64,000 nucleotides of DNA, from contig JACKFO010000002.1 in assembly GCA_020632415.1 (NCBI GenBank), positions 322,732-386,731 of the forward strand, read 5' to 3'. Positions 28,601 through 36,366 of the stretch are shown one piece after another (positions within the stretch are counted from its first letter, which is position 1; the number at the start of each line of letters is the position of its first letter). The notes under the pieces were generated by a model. That model was not told where the DNA came from. It saw only the letters and a list, made by a program, of their open reading frames with translations, and did not search any database. A program made the position numbers and the translations under genes. Source of the DNA: Candidatus Nomurabacteria bacterium. Its GTDB lineage: Bacteria > Patescibacteriota > Patescibacteriia > UBA1558 > GWA2-36-10.

Positions 28601-30722
28601 TAATATATTCTTCATAGTCTTCAAATAATTTAACCATTTCATCATTTACCGGCTGTTTTTCTTGATCATTATCTCGTAATAATTCTAATTTCTGATCCAA
28701 AGCCTGATTAATCTCTCCAATTCTTTGATTTAGTTCTGCGATAGTTAAATTTTGATCAAGGGCTTTTATTTCGGCAATTTTAGCCGCAACTAAACCCGCT
28801 GCTTGTTCAGCTTTATTTCCATAATCATCAGCTCTCAATTCAGCAAATGTCTGATCTAATTCTTTAGCTGCTTTAGTAATTAATTTGGTTTGTTCATTAT
28901 TAGATTCAACTTGAGTTTCTACTTGTTCGGCTCCCTCTGCCACTTGACCATCTGCAGAATCCGATGCCGCTGTAGTGGCAGCTTCTCTATTTCTGTGATC
29001 TAAAGCTTCCTGAATAGTATAAACTTTTTCATTTGTTGTATTTGTATCCATTCCACGATCATTAAAAACAAAATCTGGATATGCAGTGGCAATCTTTTGT
29101 TCTAATTCGCTTAACTCTTCTCCCTCGATAATTTTGATCATTACTCTTCTAACCGCATTAATTAGTTCAACTTGAATCACATAATCTGACATGCTTTCGA
29201 TCGGATCACCAAACTTCCAACCACCCGGATTAGTTAATTGATCATTGACAATTTTAGCAAATAATCTTTCATCATAAGCAAATCTCATGCGATCATAAAC
29301 CCCTGCGGTTGGTACCGAATCTGGAGCTTCTTCTTCCGCTGCTTCAGGAGCATCATCGATATTTGAATCTACTTCTTTAGGTTCTAATTTAGCAACTAAA
29401 TCTGGAGACAAAAGCTTCCAAATAACAAATGGCTCTTGGCCTTCAATTTTGACTTCAAATTTTACTTTTTTCCAACCCTTATATGCGTCTTTGATTTCTG
29501 CTGAAGTGATCAAAGCTGCTGGGCGTACTTCATTGCGCAAACCCAACTGTAACTCTCCAGAAAGCTCGGTTAATTCATTACCCATTAATTGATTTACAGC
29601 GTCTACTATACCATCAAGATGCTCTTTGGCATCAAACTCAACCTGACCATCACCCATGATCATCAAATCGACTACTTTTGCTGCAAAGTCTTTTGGCATT
29701 AAAAAACTTTCCATCCCAGGTAGACCCTTAACAAAAGCTGAATCTACTTTAACTAATTCGTCAGTACCAAATTCTTCCATCGCACCTTCTTTTTCTGGAT
29801 CAAAATTTTCTATGCCTTGAAATTTAAACTCTGTTGGTATATTTATAATCACCTCCATCATTGCTCCGCTGCGCTCACCCAAACCTCTTTCAAATTCTTC
29901 AAGAGAAAAATCTAGCCTCCTTAAATCCTCTGGAACTTCGACAACAGGACTAACAGGCTTTTGACCAACGATTTTTGATGCTTCTTGATCAACAGGATTA
30001 GTACCAGTAACAGCACTATCTGGACGCAAGGCTGCTAAAAACTTCGGAAATTTATCAACCACATCTTCTATTTCTGCTGCTTTCAATCTTTTTAAACCAG
30101 ACAAATTACTTGCTAGCTTATCTTGTGCTTTTTTAAGAATTTCCTCATCAACACCCGAAGCTCTAAATTTTCTAAAATCACCACGCAAAATAGGCTCTGC
30201 TGCTTTTTCAATCGCAGCAAGAAATTCACGGCCGATATTTTGCATTTTTTCTTCAACGGCAGCTGAATCATCAAAAAAATGAGGATCATTAATTTGCTTC
30301 AATAAATCCTCTCTCTTGCTTTCAGCTAATAAATTGCTGTCTTTAATAGCCCTTTCTAATCTATCAAGCTCCTCTGCTAAGCGCTCCTGATCTGCATCAA
30401 AATCAGCTTCTTTTCCAAATACAGCATGTGCTAAATTATCAACTAATTCTTTAGTGGATTTGCCCGCTTGCTCTGCTTCAAGCCGCAAGCTAGGATCTTT
30501 AACTTCTGCTTTAAACTCATCAACATTTTGATCAACTTTTTGCTCAGTTTCTTGCGCAACTTGCAAAACTTGATCTGGTCGAGCTTCTGTCTCTGCTCCT
30601 GCTGTTAAATTTTCTTGACGATCTTGAGCTAAAAGCGCATCAATTCTTTCTGGATCAATTGCGCCAGGAATATTCTCTCCATTCCTTTTTTCTCTTAAAT
30701 GCCTGGATTGTTTATCACCCAT
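25623..30722 (-). CDS. giant orphan protein, 1699 aa, acidic coiled-coil-rich with central hydrophobic segments
   Basis: Single uninterrupted frame in backbone-type A+T-rich DNA. Hydrophobic stretches LGLGVGLFGASLLFSGGTTGVVAGIL and YGVSAVLGLTVGAIAG. No family recognised with confidence. Confidence 0.8.
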   Translation of the reverse strand: MGDKQSRHLREKRNGENIPGAIDPERIDALLAQDRQENLTAGAETEARPDQVLQVAQETEQKVDQNVDEFKAEVKDPSLRLEAEQAGKSTKELVDNLAHAVFGKEADFDADQERLAEELDRLERAIKDSNLLAESKREDLLKQINDPHFFDDSAAVEEKMQNIGREFLAAIEKAAEPILRGDFRKFRASGVDEEILKKAQDKLASNLSGLKRLKAAEIEDVVDKFPKFLAALRPDSAVTGTNPVDQEASKIVGQKPVSPVVEVPEDLRRLDFSLEEFERGLGERSGAMMEVIINIPTEFKFQGIENFDPEKEGAMEEFGTDELVKVDSAFVKGLPGMESFLMPKDFAAKVVDLMIMGDGQVEFDAKEHLDGIVDAVNQLMGNELTELSGELQLGLRNEVRPAALITSAEIKDAYKGWKKVKFEVKIEGQEPFVIWKLLSPDLVAKLEPKEVDSNIDDAPEAAEEEAPDSVPTAGVYDRMRFAYDERLFAKIVNDQLTNPGGWKFGDPIESMSDYVIQVELINAVRRVMIKIIEGEELSELEQKIATAYPDFVFNDRGMDTNTTNEKVYTIQEALDHRNREAATTAASDSADGQVAEGAEQVETQVESNNEQTKLITKAAKELDQTFAELRADDYGNKAEQAAGLVAAKIAEIKALDQNLTIAELNQRIGEINQALDQKLELLRDNDQEKQPVNDEMVKLFEDYEEYINHYEDGQKHPEIQAKFLDEISSLDRSLPREELEDKLDDIIARFSQEIEKAAEGATEEDSEESHRTEEGVEEVIDGGISEEIENESYEDVVPGNLDELRSAFVKALYKRGQVVRGGKSKFEKIAQAYQEAKDKHVHDSLENKKGELLQDFTEGKITIEQLKNILASEYISLLQAEEVAIDAEASGLDKNFIGKFKEFWRKTGKIRLGLGVGLFGASLLFSGGTTGVVAGILTARGVMSSTGTFMFAEATIDKRSEWGGQKGLIDKMKNLGFKSKKSEAGKITDEDIVEWREVLGNQEQYPTEELAKELARLRILSLDKRVGLAEAGRFGDEQAAFVNLIQEEYFRRLKSEFQDKIALDEIIGEPIVNGNERINSVKIDIVSETLKTEQKTVETLSSAQDKSRMKAMRRYGVSAVLGLTVGAIAGSRVLDKLSHADGADQVQGAAEHAQEVADPGAPETAYLRPTLESDAPVPHGVAENIPDQGGISVEAVVSKGDNVWNLTEDQLRARVPNWNNLNEAQRTYFIDYFKDKIVADPKAFGIDGDVDQLKLGTKLNFGNLFNPENISEAAQKSGALTAEQMQNIVANNEAIAEAAKHGVRISTESVDQIAAEVRAHGTDWLSHDGEVHNWSFDHQPVEQVEINGQTIYRLADNHDVTVDDLSKMVDHSGHNFVPETTGSAEVATANLDGFLAGKTPYSEELLRAVENNPQEIDALVNHVFESSPEVQRQFLEDYYPNSFTPDSNKAAIFLKYVEQAPNVKISDLNDLETVERYTSAFDKVATSDSLPGKAWEARLVKDENGRQFYAFVHLVKKHLFGQEEYMLDDLSGNTWTLKEKVLESWLDNSVLSEPVKTAAKAASENLPPVADNIPEPKASGLSESLDQARKARETAGAMEPESFETPIEEPVEPVSAEAIPEQVPVSENVAEAAQTSTEIAGEVHRGFDQLSQMNDGATFTDTEGNTFVKEAGKLFRLDPLGDPTIEVRNQVDLDNLYKK

Positions 30723-30723
30723 A

Positions 30724-30891
30724 TTATAATTGTTTATGAATTTTATCTAAAACCTTGTCTATTTCTTTTTGTTCAATAGACTTAATTTCCGCGCGAACCT
30801 TTTCGTTTGCGCGGTCTTTTAATTTATCTAATTCCTGCAAAAAATCTTGATAAATTTCTCTGATTTTTTTGATTTTTTCGTTGTTGGTCAT
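30724..30891 (-). CDS. small coiled-coil protein, 55 aa, translationally coupled to the giant gene
   Basis: ATG at 30889-30891 (MTNNEKIKKIREIYQDFLQELDKLKDRANEK...). Its stop at 30724-30726 lies 1 nt before the giant-gene ATG at 30720-30722. Below the track size cut-off. Confidence 0.45.
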   Translation of the reverse strand: MTNNEKIKKIREIYQDFLQELDKLKDRANEKVRAEIKSIEQKEIDKVLDKIHKQL

Positions 30892-30901
30892 AGCTTAAAA
30901 A

Positions 30902-31201
30902 CTAGGCATTAAAAACCTTGTCTTTCATGTTTAGCATTTCTTGCTTTAAATCATCAATGATTTGTTTGTGTAAGTCAGCAAAATTCGGCACTTTGCTTTT
31001 TATAAATTCATCAATGCCCTCGCCTTTTTCTAACACTTTGTCAAATTCAAGCTTATCTTCTTCAGACATTGCACCCAATAAAGCTCTGTTAAAACGACTT
31101 TCAATGACGTCAATGATTTGCTCACGCAAAGCTTGTTTTTTTTCTTCTGCTAAATCATTTAAGCCAAACTCTGTTAAAATATCAAATTGTTCTTCTGCCA
31201 T
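30902..31201 (-). CDS. small acidic helical protein, 99 aa (resembles a small conserved CPR family)
   Basis: MAEEQFDILTEFGLNDLAEEKKQALREQIIDVIESRF... First gene of the three-gene unit ending in the giant protein. Confidence 0.65.
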   Translation of the reverse strand: MAEEQFDILTEFGLNDLAEEKKQALREQIIDVIESRFNRALLGAMSEEDKLEFDKVLEKGEGIDEFIKSKVPNFADLHKQIIDDLKQEMLNMKDKVFNA

Positions 31202-31274
31202 AATTTTATTTGTTCCACTACTAGTGGCTAGTTAATTTTATTGACTTAATTATACAATAAATCAACAATTTAGC

Positions 31275-31320
31275 AAAATAAAAAGCCCACCACTATTCCC
31301 GAAGGATTTCGTGGTGGGCT
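31275..31320 (-). terminator. terminator of cassette C
   Basis: Minus strand AGCCCACCAC-17 nt-GTGGTGGGCT followed by TTTTTATTTT. Confidence 0.65.
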
Positions 31321-31338
31321 TGAGAAAACAAGACCGAA

Positions 31339-32688
31339 CTAGTCGACGTTCACTGTGCCAACAGCGCCACCGCCTCTGACCTTGATATTGGAGTTTTTCT
31401 TCTCAGCCAAATCTCCAATCTCTTGCAGACAACGCAGACGCTGTTCATAGGTTGCTGTTTCGGGGTTCAGGCCTAAAGCCGCCAAAGCAGCATCAATCTC
31501 TGCTGTGAAAGCCTCGCCATCTGCCTTGCGAAGACGAATCTTACGCTTGGATTCAGACTCAGCGGCGGCCTCAGCATTTTGAGCTTTTTCGATCTCTGGA
31601 TCTCTAGTGGGATCACCAAAGTCCAAAGTATCGAAAGCATGCCCAACGGCCTCCAGCAACTTGCCATTAAGTTCGGTTTGCTTCGAATGATCAAAGGTTA
31701 CGTCCAAACCCTTGACCTGATCGAAACTCATAGAGCTCATGACACTTATCACATCATTGACAATTACTGTGCCAGCTACCTCAACCGAAGTCGACTGATC
31801 CTCAGACGACATCCGCAGAAAACGAGAAGGATGCTGACAAGTAATCACGCCAACTCGAAGATCAATATTGGCAGTAGAGTTGTCTCCTAGCGGCACAAAA
31901 CCAGTCTTGTATTTGCGTTCTATGGCCTCATAACGCAACAGAGTGACGCTATAGAGAAACATCCAAACTGGAATTCCTACTCGGCCCAGATACCAAGGCA
32001 AGATTGGCGCATTTATGTCACTATCACGATGATTGCCGTGATTAGATCCATAAAAATACCAATCGCCAAATTTCTTCCTGATCGGACCTCTCGGAATCAG
32101 AAATGGCCTATTCATGAACTTCGGAACCCAGCGCTCGGTCACTTCCGGCACCATGATCGAACCAATACTCCAGAAAATTGGTAAAGCCAAGAGAAAGACT
32201 GGCTGCCAGATACCAACCATAGCGCAGGTGAAAAAGCCGACAGCAGAAATTACTCCGAACCCGTAAGGTCTGGCCGGAGGCGGAGCTGGTTTTTGACCCT
32301 TGACTACATCACGCTTATCAATGAAAAAGCTGCCGGTCCAAGCTCGGCGGAAAGCGATCACGCCGAAGCCTAGCAAAACAAGGCTGGCGATCAGCTTCCA
32401 CCAAGGGAATTCTCCGTTGAAATTAAGCCAGGAGAAAAGCTGCCAGTTCCACGGCTTCAGCAACAAAGCTGCGTACCAAAGAACAAGTCCAAGCTGCAAA
32501 GCGATCCGAGTCCTCTTATCCTTAGATGTTTTAGGCTTCTTATCCTTGTCCAGATCAACGAGCCAGCTATTCAAGCTCCAGTAGATACTGAGCGGCAAGG
32601 CAAAGAAGATCAGGAAAATAGCGATGCCGTGAACAAATTGTGGGTCTTTCCATCCCACACGGCTGATGATTTTCTCCAAGGCTTCCAT
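31339..32688 (-). CDS. orphan polytopic membrane protein with soluble C-terminal domain, 449 aa (G+C-elevated cassette C)
   Basis: AAGGAG SD 7 nt from the ATG. About 6-7 Trp/Phe-rich hydrophobic helices in the first 250 aa, a PAPPPARP linker, and a charged Ala/Glu-rich C-terminus. G+C is visibly above the flanks. Confidence 0.65.
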   Translation of the reverse strand: MEALEKIISRVGWKDPQFVHGIAIFLIFFALPLSIYWSLNSWLVDLDKDKKPKTSKDKRTRIALQLGLVLWYAALLLKPWNWQLFSWLNFNGEFPWWKLIASLVLLGFGVIAFRRAWTGSFFIDKRDVVKGQKPAPPPARPYGFGVISAVGFFTCAMVGIWQPVFLLALPIFWSIGSIMVPEVTERWVPKFMNRPFLIPRGPIRKKFGDWYFYGSNHGNHRDSDINAPILPWYLGRVGIPVWMFLYSVTLLRYEAIERKYKTGFVPLGDNSTANIDLRVGVITCQHPSRFLRMSSEDQSTSVEVAGTVIVNDVISVMSSMSFDQVKGLDVTFDHSKQTELNGKLLEAVGHAFDTLDFGDPTRDPEIEKAQNAEAAAESESKRKIRLRKADGEAFTAEIDAALAALGLNPETATYEQRLRCLQEIGDLAEKKNSNIKVRGGGAVGTVNVD

Positions 32689-32786
32689 GGTCGTTCTCCT
32701 TCATTTCGTTTTTTATTCAATCTTGTTTTCGTTGTCGATGAACAGTCGAACAATCGAGCTTGAAAGCTCAAATTATTCAATATAGA

Positions 32787-32815
32787 ATTATATCACATTT
32801 TTACATTTTTGTCAA
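32787..32815 (-). promoter_or_regulatory. promoter of cassette C
   Basis: Minus strand TTGACA (32810-32815), 17 nt, TGaTATAAT extended -10 (32787-32792). 5' UTR of about 100 nt. Confidence 0.65.
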
Positions 32816-32873
32816 ACATAAAAGCCCCTATTCACAAAGATTAGAGGCTTTTTGGCTAATACTAGAGAAAATT

Positions 32874-33515
32874 TTATTTTCGCTCTTTTTTAAATAAGAA
32901 ATAAGAATAAATAACTGGAATCAACAATAAAACAATCAAAAGCACAAAAGCAGGGCTCATCAAACCCTCTGGCAAATAGCTGATAAAAATAAACATTGCG
33001 CCAGCAATTATAAACATGTACTTAGCTAATTCGTGAGTTTTTTGCCAAACACTATCACTGGACAAAGTCCATGGAGTTCGAATGCCGATAAACCAATTGG
33101 ATTTAAACTTCGGCATTAAAAAGCCAAAGATAATAAACATTACTCCAATCAATGAACTGACAACTGTGCCAATTGGTAAATTCCAACCTAAATTAGCTAA
33201 ACTAGTAACTACAAATAAAATTGCAAAAAATAATAAAAAAACAAATTGCATAATTTTATAAGCCGAGCCAAATTGAGCATAGTTCATTTTCTTGGGATCG
33301 AGGCGTGGTAAAAATTGAAACAAAAGATAAACAGCTAAAGTTAATAAAGGAAGAAAGATGACTTGAAAATTTTTGCTACTCCAGCCATCAACTTCGCCGG
33401 CAAAATTCCAGTGACTTGCTACCTTGGCTGGTAAAAGTGGGTAAAAATAAATCGCTAAAACAATTACCACCATGACCAAAATTGGATTTAAATAATCTAG
33501 TGTTTTTAATTTCAT
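32874..33515 (-). CDS. DUF1648/SdpI-family membrane protein
   Basis: Start moved to MKLKTLDYLNP (33513-33515) to remove the overlap with mutM. LPAKVASHWNFAGEVDGWSSK is the DUF1648 motif, followed by SdpI-like TM helices. Confidence 0.65.
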   Translation of the reverse strand: MKLKTLDYLNPILVMVVIVLAIYFYPLLPAKVASHWNFAGEVDGWSSKNFQVIFLPLLTLAVYLLFQFLPRLDPKKMNYAQFGSAYKIMQFVFLLFFAILFVVTSLANLGWNLPIGTVVSSLIGVMFIIFGFLMPKFKSNWFIGIRTPWTLSSDSVWQKTHELAKYMFIIAGAMFIFISYLPEGLMSPAFVLLIVLLLIPVIYSYFLFKKERK

Positions 33516-33529
33516 ATTTTTAAATTTAA

Positions 33530-34387
33530 TTATTTCTGACAATTTGGGCAAAAAGTAGTACCCCGACCTCCTAATTTTACCTTTTTTAAAGTTTCTCCAC
33601 AAGCAAGACACTTCTCTCCTCCACGTCCATAAACTTTCAGATAATCAACAAAATTTCCTGATCTACCTGAAGCATCTCGATAATCACTAAAAGTTGTGCC
33701 TCGTTTTAAAATTGCTTTCTGAATAATTTTTTCCGTAGCTTGATAAAGTTTTTTTAATTCTACTTCTGATAAAGTATCAATTTTTCTATCCGGTAAAATT
33801 TTTGCTGCGTGACAAATTTCATCCACATAAATATTCCCAAGTCCTGAAATAATTTGTTGATTTAACAAAAATGGTTTTAAGATACTTTTTTTATTAACAA
33901 ATACTTTTTTAAAATTACTAAAAGTAAAATTAGCTTGCAGAGGCTCAATGCCAAAACGCTCTAAAATTTTCTCCAGCTCCATAGCATTGACTAACTGCAT
34001 ATAGCCAAAACGACGCAAGTCATTAAAAAATAACTGAGAATTATCCGCAAAATCTAAAATAATATGCGAATGTTTATTTGGCAAAGCAGAAACATCAGGC
34101 CAATCATGTCCGCCGGCAATGACCTGATCAGACATTTGGTAGATTAATTGACCAGTCATTCGCAAATGACTTAACAAAAAATTTTGCTGATCAGCAAGAT
34201 GAAAAACCAAAAGCTTGCCTTGTCGTCCGATGTCAACAAAGTGCTGACCAGACAAAGTGTCAATAAAATAAGACTTTTTATTTTTAACAGATTTGCTTTG
34301 TTTAACTTGGATCTTCTGGATTTTCTTTCCCAAAATCTTAGTTTTTAAATCTTGTCTAATTGTCTCTACTTCTGGAAGTTCTGGCAT
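33530..34387 (-). CDS. mutM: formamidopyrimidine-DNA glycosylase
   Basis: MPELPEVETIRQDL N-terminus, H2TH region, C-terminal zinc finger CLACG...CPNCQ. Confidence 0.9.
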   Translation of the reverse strand: MPELPEVETIRQDLKTKILGKKIQKIQVKQSKSVKNKKSYFIDTLSGQHFVDIGRQGKLLVFHLADQQNFLLSHLRMTGQLIYQMSDQVIAGGHDWPDVSALPNKHSHIILDFADNSQLFFNDLRRFGYMQLVNAMELEKILERFGIEPLQANFTFSNFKKVFVNKKSILKPFLLNQQIISGLGNIYVDEICHAAKILPDRKIDTLSEVELKKLYQATEKIIQKAILKRGTTFSDYRDASGRSGNFVDYLKVYGRGGEKCLACGETLKKVKLGGRGTTFCPNCQK

Positions 34388-34388
34388 T

Positions 34389-34844
34389 TTATTTTTTTGA
34401 CAAAACTATTTTACCCAATTCTACAACAAATTCAGCGATACTATAATAAAAACCAAAAAGACCTAAATACAACAAAACTACAGTGAGGTATAAATCAAAA
34501 TTCATCGAAAGATTACCGCCTGTTCCTGCTAATGAAAAACCATGAGCAATTAGCATGAAAATACTAGACAAAATCAACGTGAAAGAAATTCTTGGTAAAA
34601 TTTTCTCTTGCCCTGCTATTAAATATTTTTCTCTAATAGATAAAATAAAGGTTCCAACAACAAAAGCAAAAGAAATCAGATACCACAGTTGCATAACAAA
34701 ACTTTCTCCAATTGAAATTTTTAAGACATCATTAGCACCTGAAAAAATCAGAATAGCAAGTAAAATCTTAAACCAAGATTTAAGAATGTAAGCTAATATT
34801 TTTTCTAATTTATCTAAAATCTTCATCGCTGTATTTCGAAACAT
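34389..34844 (-). CDS. hypothetical membrane protein, 151 aa
   Basis: Four hydrophobic helices. Backbone composition. No family recognised. Confidence 0.5.
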   Translation of the reverse strand: MFRNTAMKILDKLEKILAYILKSWFKILLAILIFSGANDVLKISIGESFVMQLWYLISFAFVVGTFILSIREKYLIAGQEKILPRISFTLILSSIFMLIAHGFSLAGTGGNLSMNFDLYLTVVLLYLGLFGFYYSIAEFVVELGKIVLSKK

Positions 34845-34944
34845 TTTTTAGTAAAATAGCATATTTTTAATACTTTTACTACTCAATAGTATATTGCTTT
34901 GATGGTTTTTGTCAAACAAAAAAACAGCCTTTCGGCTGAAAAAG

Positions 34945-35019
<75 letters not shown>

Positions 35020-35029
35020 TTGAAATAAA

Positions 35030-35281
35030 TTATAATAAATTTTTAAGTAACTTTTCTTTTTGAGCTTTGGTCCAAGTTTTAATTTCCGCTTCTCTTTGCA
35101 TTGCTTCAGAAATAGTCTTGAACTCTTCTGAGTAAATAATTTTTACTGGTCTTCTGGCCTTTGTATATTTAGCTCCTTCTCCTACATTGTGTTTTGCTTC
35201 TCTGTCTTTTAAATTAACAGTATACCCAGTATACAAAGAGTTATCTTTACATCTTGCTAAATAAACATGATATTTCTTCAT
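35030..35281 (-). CDS. GIY-YIG nuclease superfamily protein (UPF0213-like), 83 aa
   Basis: MKKYHVYLARCKDNSLYTGYTVNLKDREAKHN...YTKARRPVKIIYSEEF.TISEAMQREAEIK. The track N-terminal extension overlaps tRNA-Tyr and is rejected. Confidence 0.8.
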   Translation of the reverse strand: MKKYHVYLARCKDNSLYTGYTVNLKDREAKHNVGEGAKYTKARRPVKIIYSEEFKTISEAMQREAEIKTWTKAQKEKLLKNLL

Positions 35282-35298
35282 CGCTTTTCTTACTAAAA

Positions 35299-35384
35299 TG
35301 GTGGGCCGGGTAGGATTCGAACCTACGAAGGCGAAAGCCAGCAGATTTACAGTCTGCCCCGGTTGACCGCTTCGGTACCGACCC
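35299..35384 (-). tRNA. tRNA-Tyr (GUA) with long variable arm, CCA encoded
   Basis: Reverse complement GGGTCGGTACCGAAGCGGTCAACCGGGGCAGACTGTAAATCTGC + variable arm + GGTTCGAATCC...CCGGCCCACCA. Confidence 0.85.
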
Positions 35385-35460
35385 ATGAAAAAAAATAAAA
35401 ACCCGTGTTATCCCAAGTAGTTGAGAAAGGGGTGCAAGGGGAAATTCCCCTTGATAAAAA

Positions 35461-36348
35461 TTAAACTAATTCGTCTATTTCTTCGATAAAATGTGCAATT
35501 TTTTGATTATCTGGATTGACTTCCTGTAATTTTGCCAAATATCTATTTGCCAATTCTTTATCTTGGATAATTATACTAATATTTATCAAAAAGTCAAGAA
35601 TCTTTGGATTATTTGGTGAAAGCAATAATGCTCTTTGAGCAGTTTCTAGAGCCTGTTCTTGATCATCGAGATCTAGATAAACTTCTGCGAGTGACAAAAA
35701 ATTTAAGTGATTATCATCAGATAAAGAAATAGACTGCAAATACTCTTCCTCTGCCTGTTTTAAATTACCTCTAACTTTGGAAATTTCTGCTAAAGAAGTA
35801 AAAACGCCAGCGTCAGCATTGTGAGTCAATTTCAAAAGATATTTCAAAGTTTCTTTGGCTTGTTCGTATTCTTTTTTTTCACGATAAACATTGGCTAGCA
35901 ATTTATAAACATCAACGCTATAAGGATCAACTGACAAAGCATCAATCAAAACTTCTTCTGCTTTAGAGTACTCTTCGTTGTTAAACAAAATCTTAGCTTC
36001 AGTCAAAAGCTCATCAACAGTTTGTGATTTACTCAAGGTAGAAGAAAATTGCTCCTGACTACGACGACGCAAATCTCTTTCTAATTCTTTTAGCTTGCCA
36101 TAATTATTTTTGAACCAATCAAAAACTCTATCCCGTGCCGGCAAAGAAACATGACGCCAAAAAGAAAAAACTTTTCCCAAATCTCTTTTTAATCTAGTTT
36201 TTAAAATATCATCTTTCTTTTGCTTATTCTGAATATGTGGCAAACTCTCAACATTGATGTTAGATAAATGAGGTAATTTTTGATACAACAACCAAGCCAA
36301 ATAAGCAAGGCTCAATAAAATTATTAAAATTAGAAAAATATTTAACAT
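35461..36348 (-). CDS. TPR repeat protein with N-terminal TM anchor
   Basis: Several 34-residue TPR-like units (YSKAEEVLIDALSVDPYSVDVYKLLANVY, YEQAKETLKYLLKL...). Confidence 0.7.
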   Translation of the reverse strand: MLNIFLILIILLSLAYLAWLLYQKLPHLSNINVESLPHIQNKQKKDDILKTRLKRDLGKVFSFWRHVSLPARDRVFDWFKNNYGKLKELERDLRRRSQEQFSSTLSKSQTVDELLTEAKILFNNEEYSKAEEVLIDALSVDPYSVDVYKLLANVYREKKEYEQAKETLKYLLKLTHNADAGVFTSLAEISKVRGNLKQAEEEYLQSISLSDDNHLNFLSLAEVYLDLDDQEQALETAQRALLLSPNNPKILDFLINISIIIQDKELANRYLAKLQEVNPDNQKIAHFIEEIDELV

Positions 36349-36366
36349 ACCCAGTTAGAAATTTAT

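Noticed and set aside
29520-29630. Calling a CheC/FliM-like domain in the giant protein as a feature
   Set aside because: The call rests only on a remembered short motif resemblance (D-x3-D-x2-N-x3-GN...LS...P with off-by-one spacing). There are no flagellar or chemotaxis genes nearby. It is kept as a remark inside a finding rather than as an annotated feature.
23467-32815. Treating cassettes B and C plus the giant operon as one mobile genomic island or prophage
   Set aside because: No integrase, transposase, phage structural or conjugation genes are present, and there are no flanking direct repeats or tRNA target. The giant operon between them has backbone composition and no SD sites, unlike the cassettes.
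35282-35386. N-terminal extensions or ORFs that run across tRNA genes (35030..35386 extension, 44478..44687, 42834..43034)
   Set aside because: They overlap clear tRNA cloverleaves, and the translated segments are just tRNA sequence read as protein (for example GSNPTRPT and VTGSNPV).
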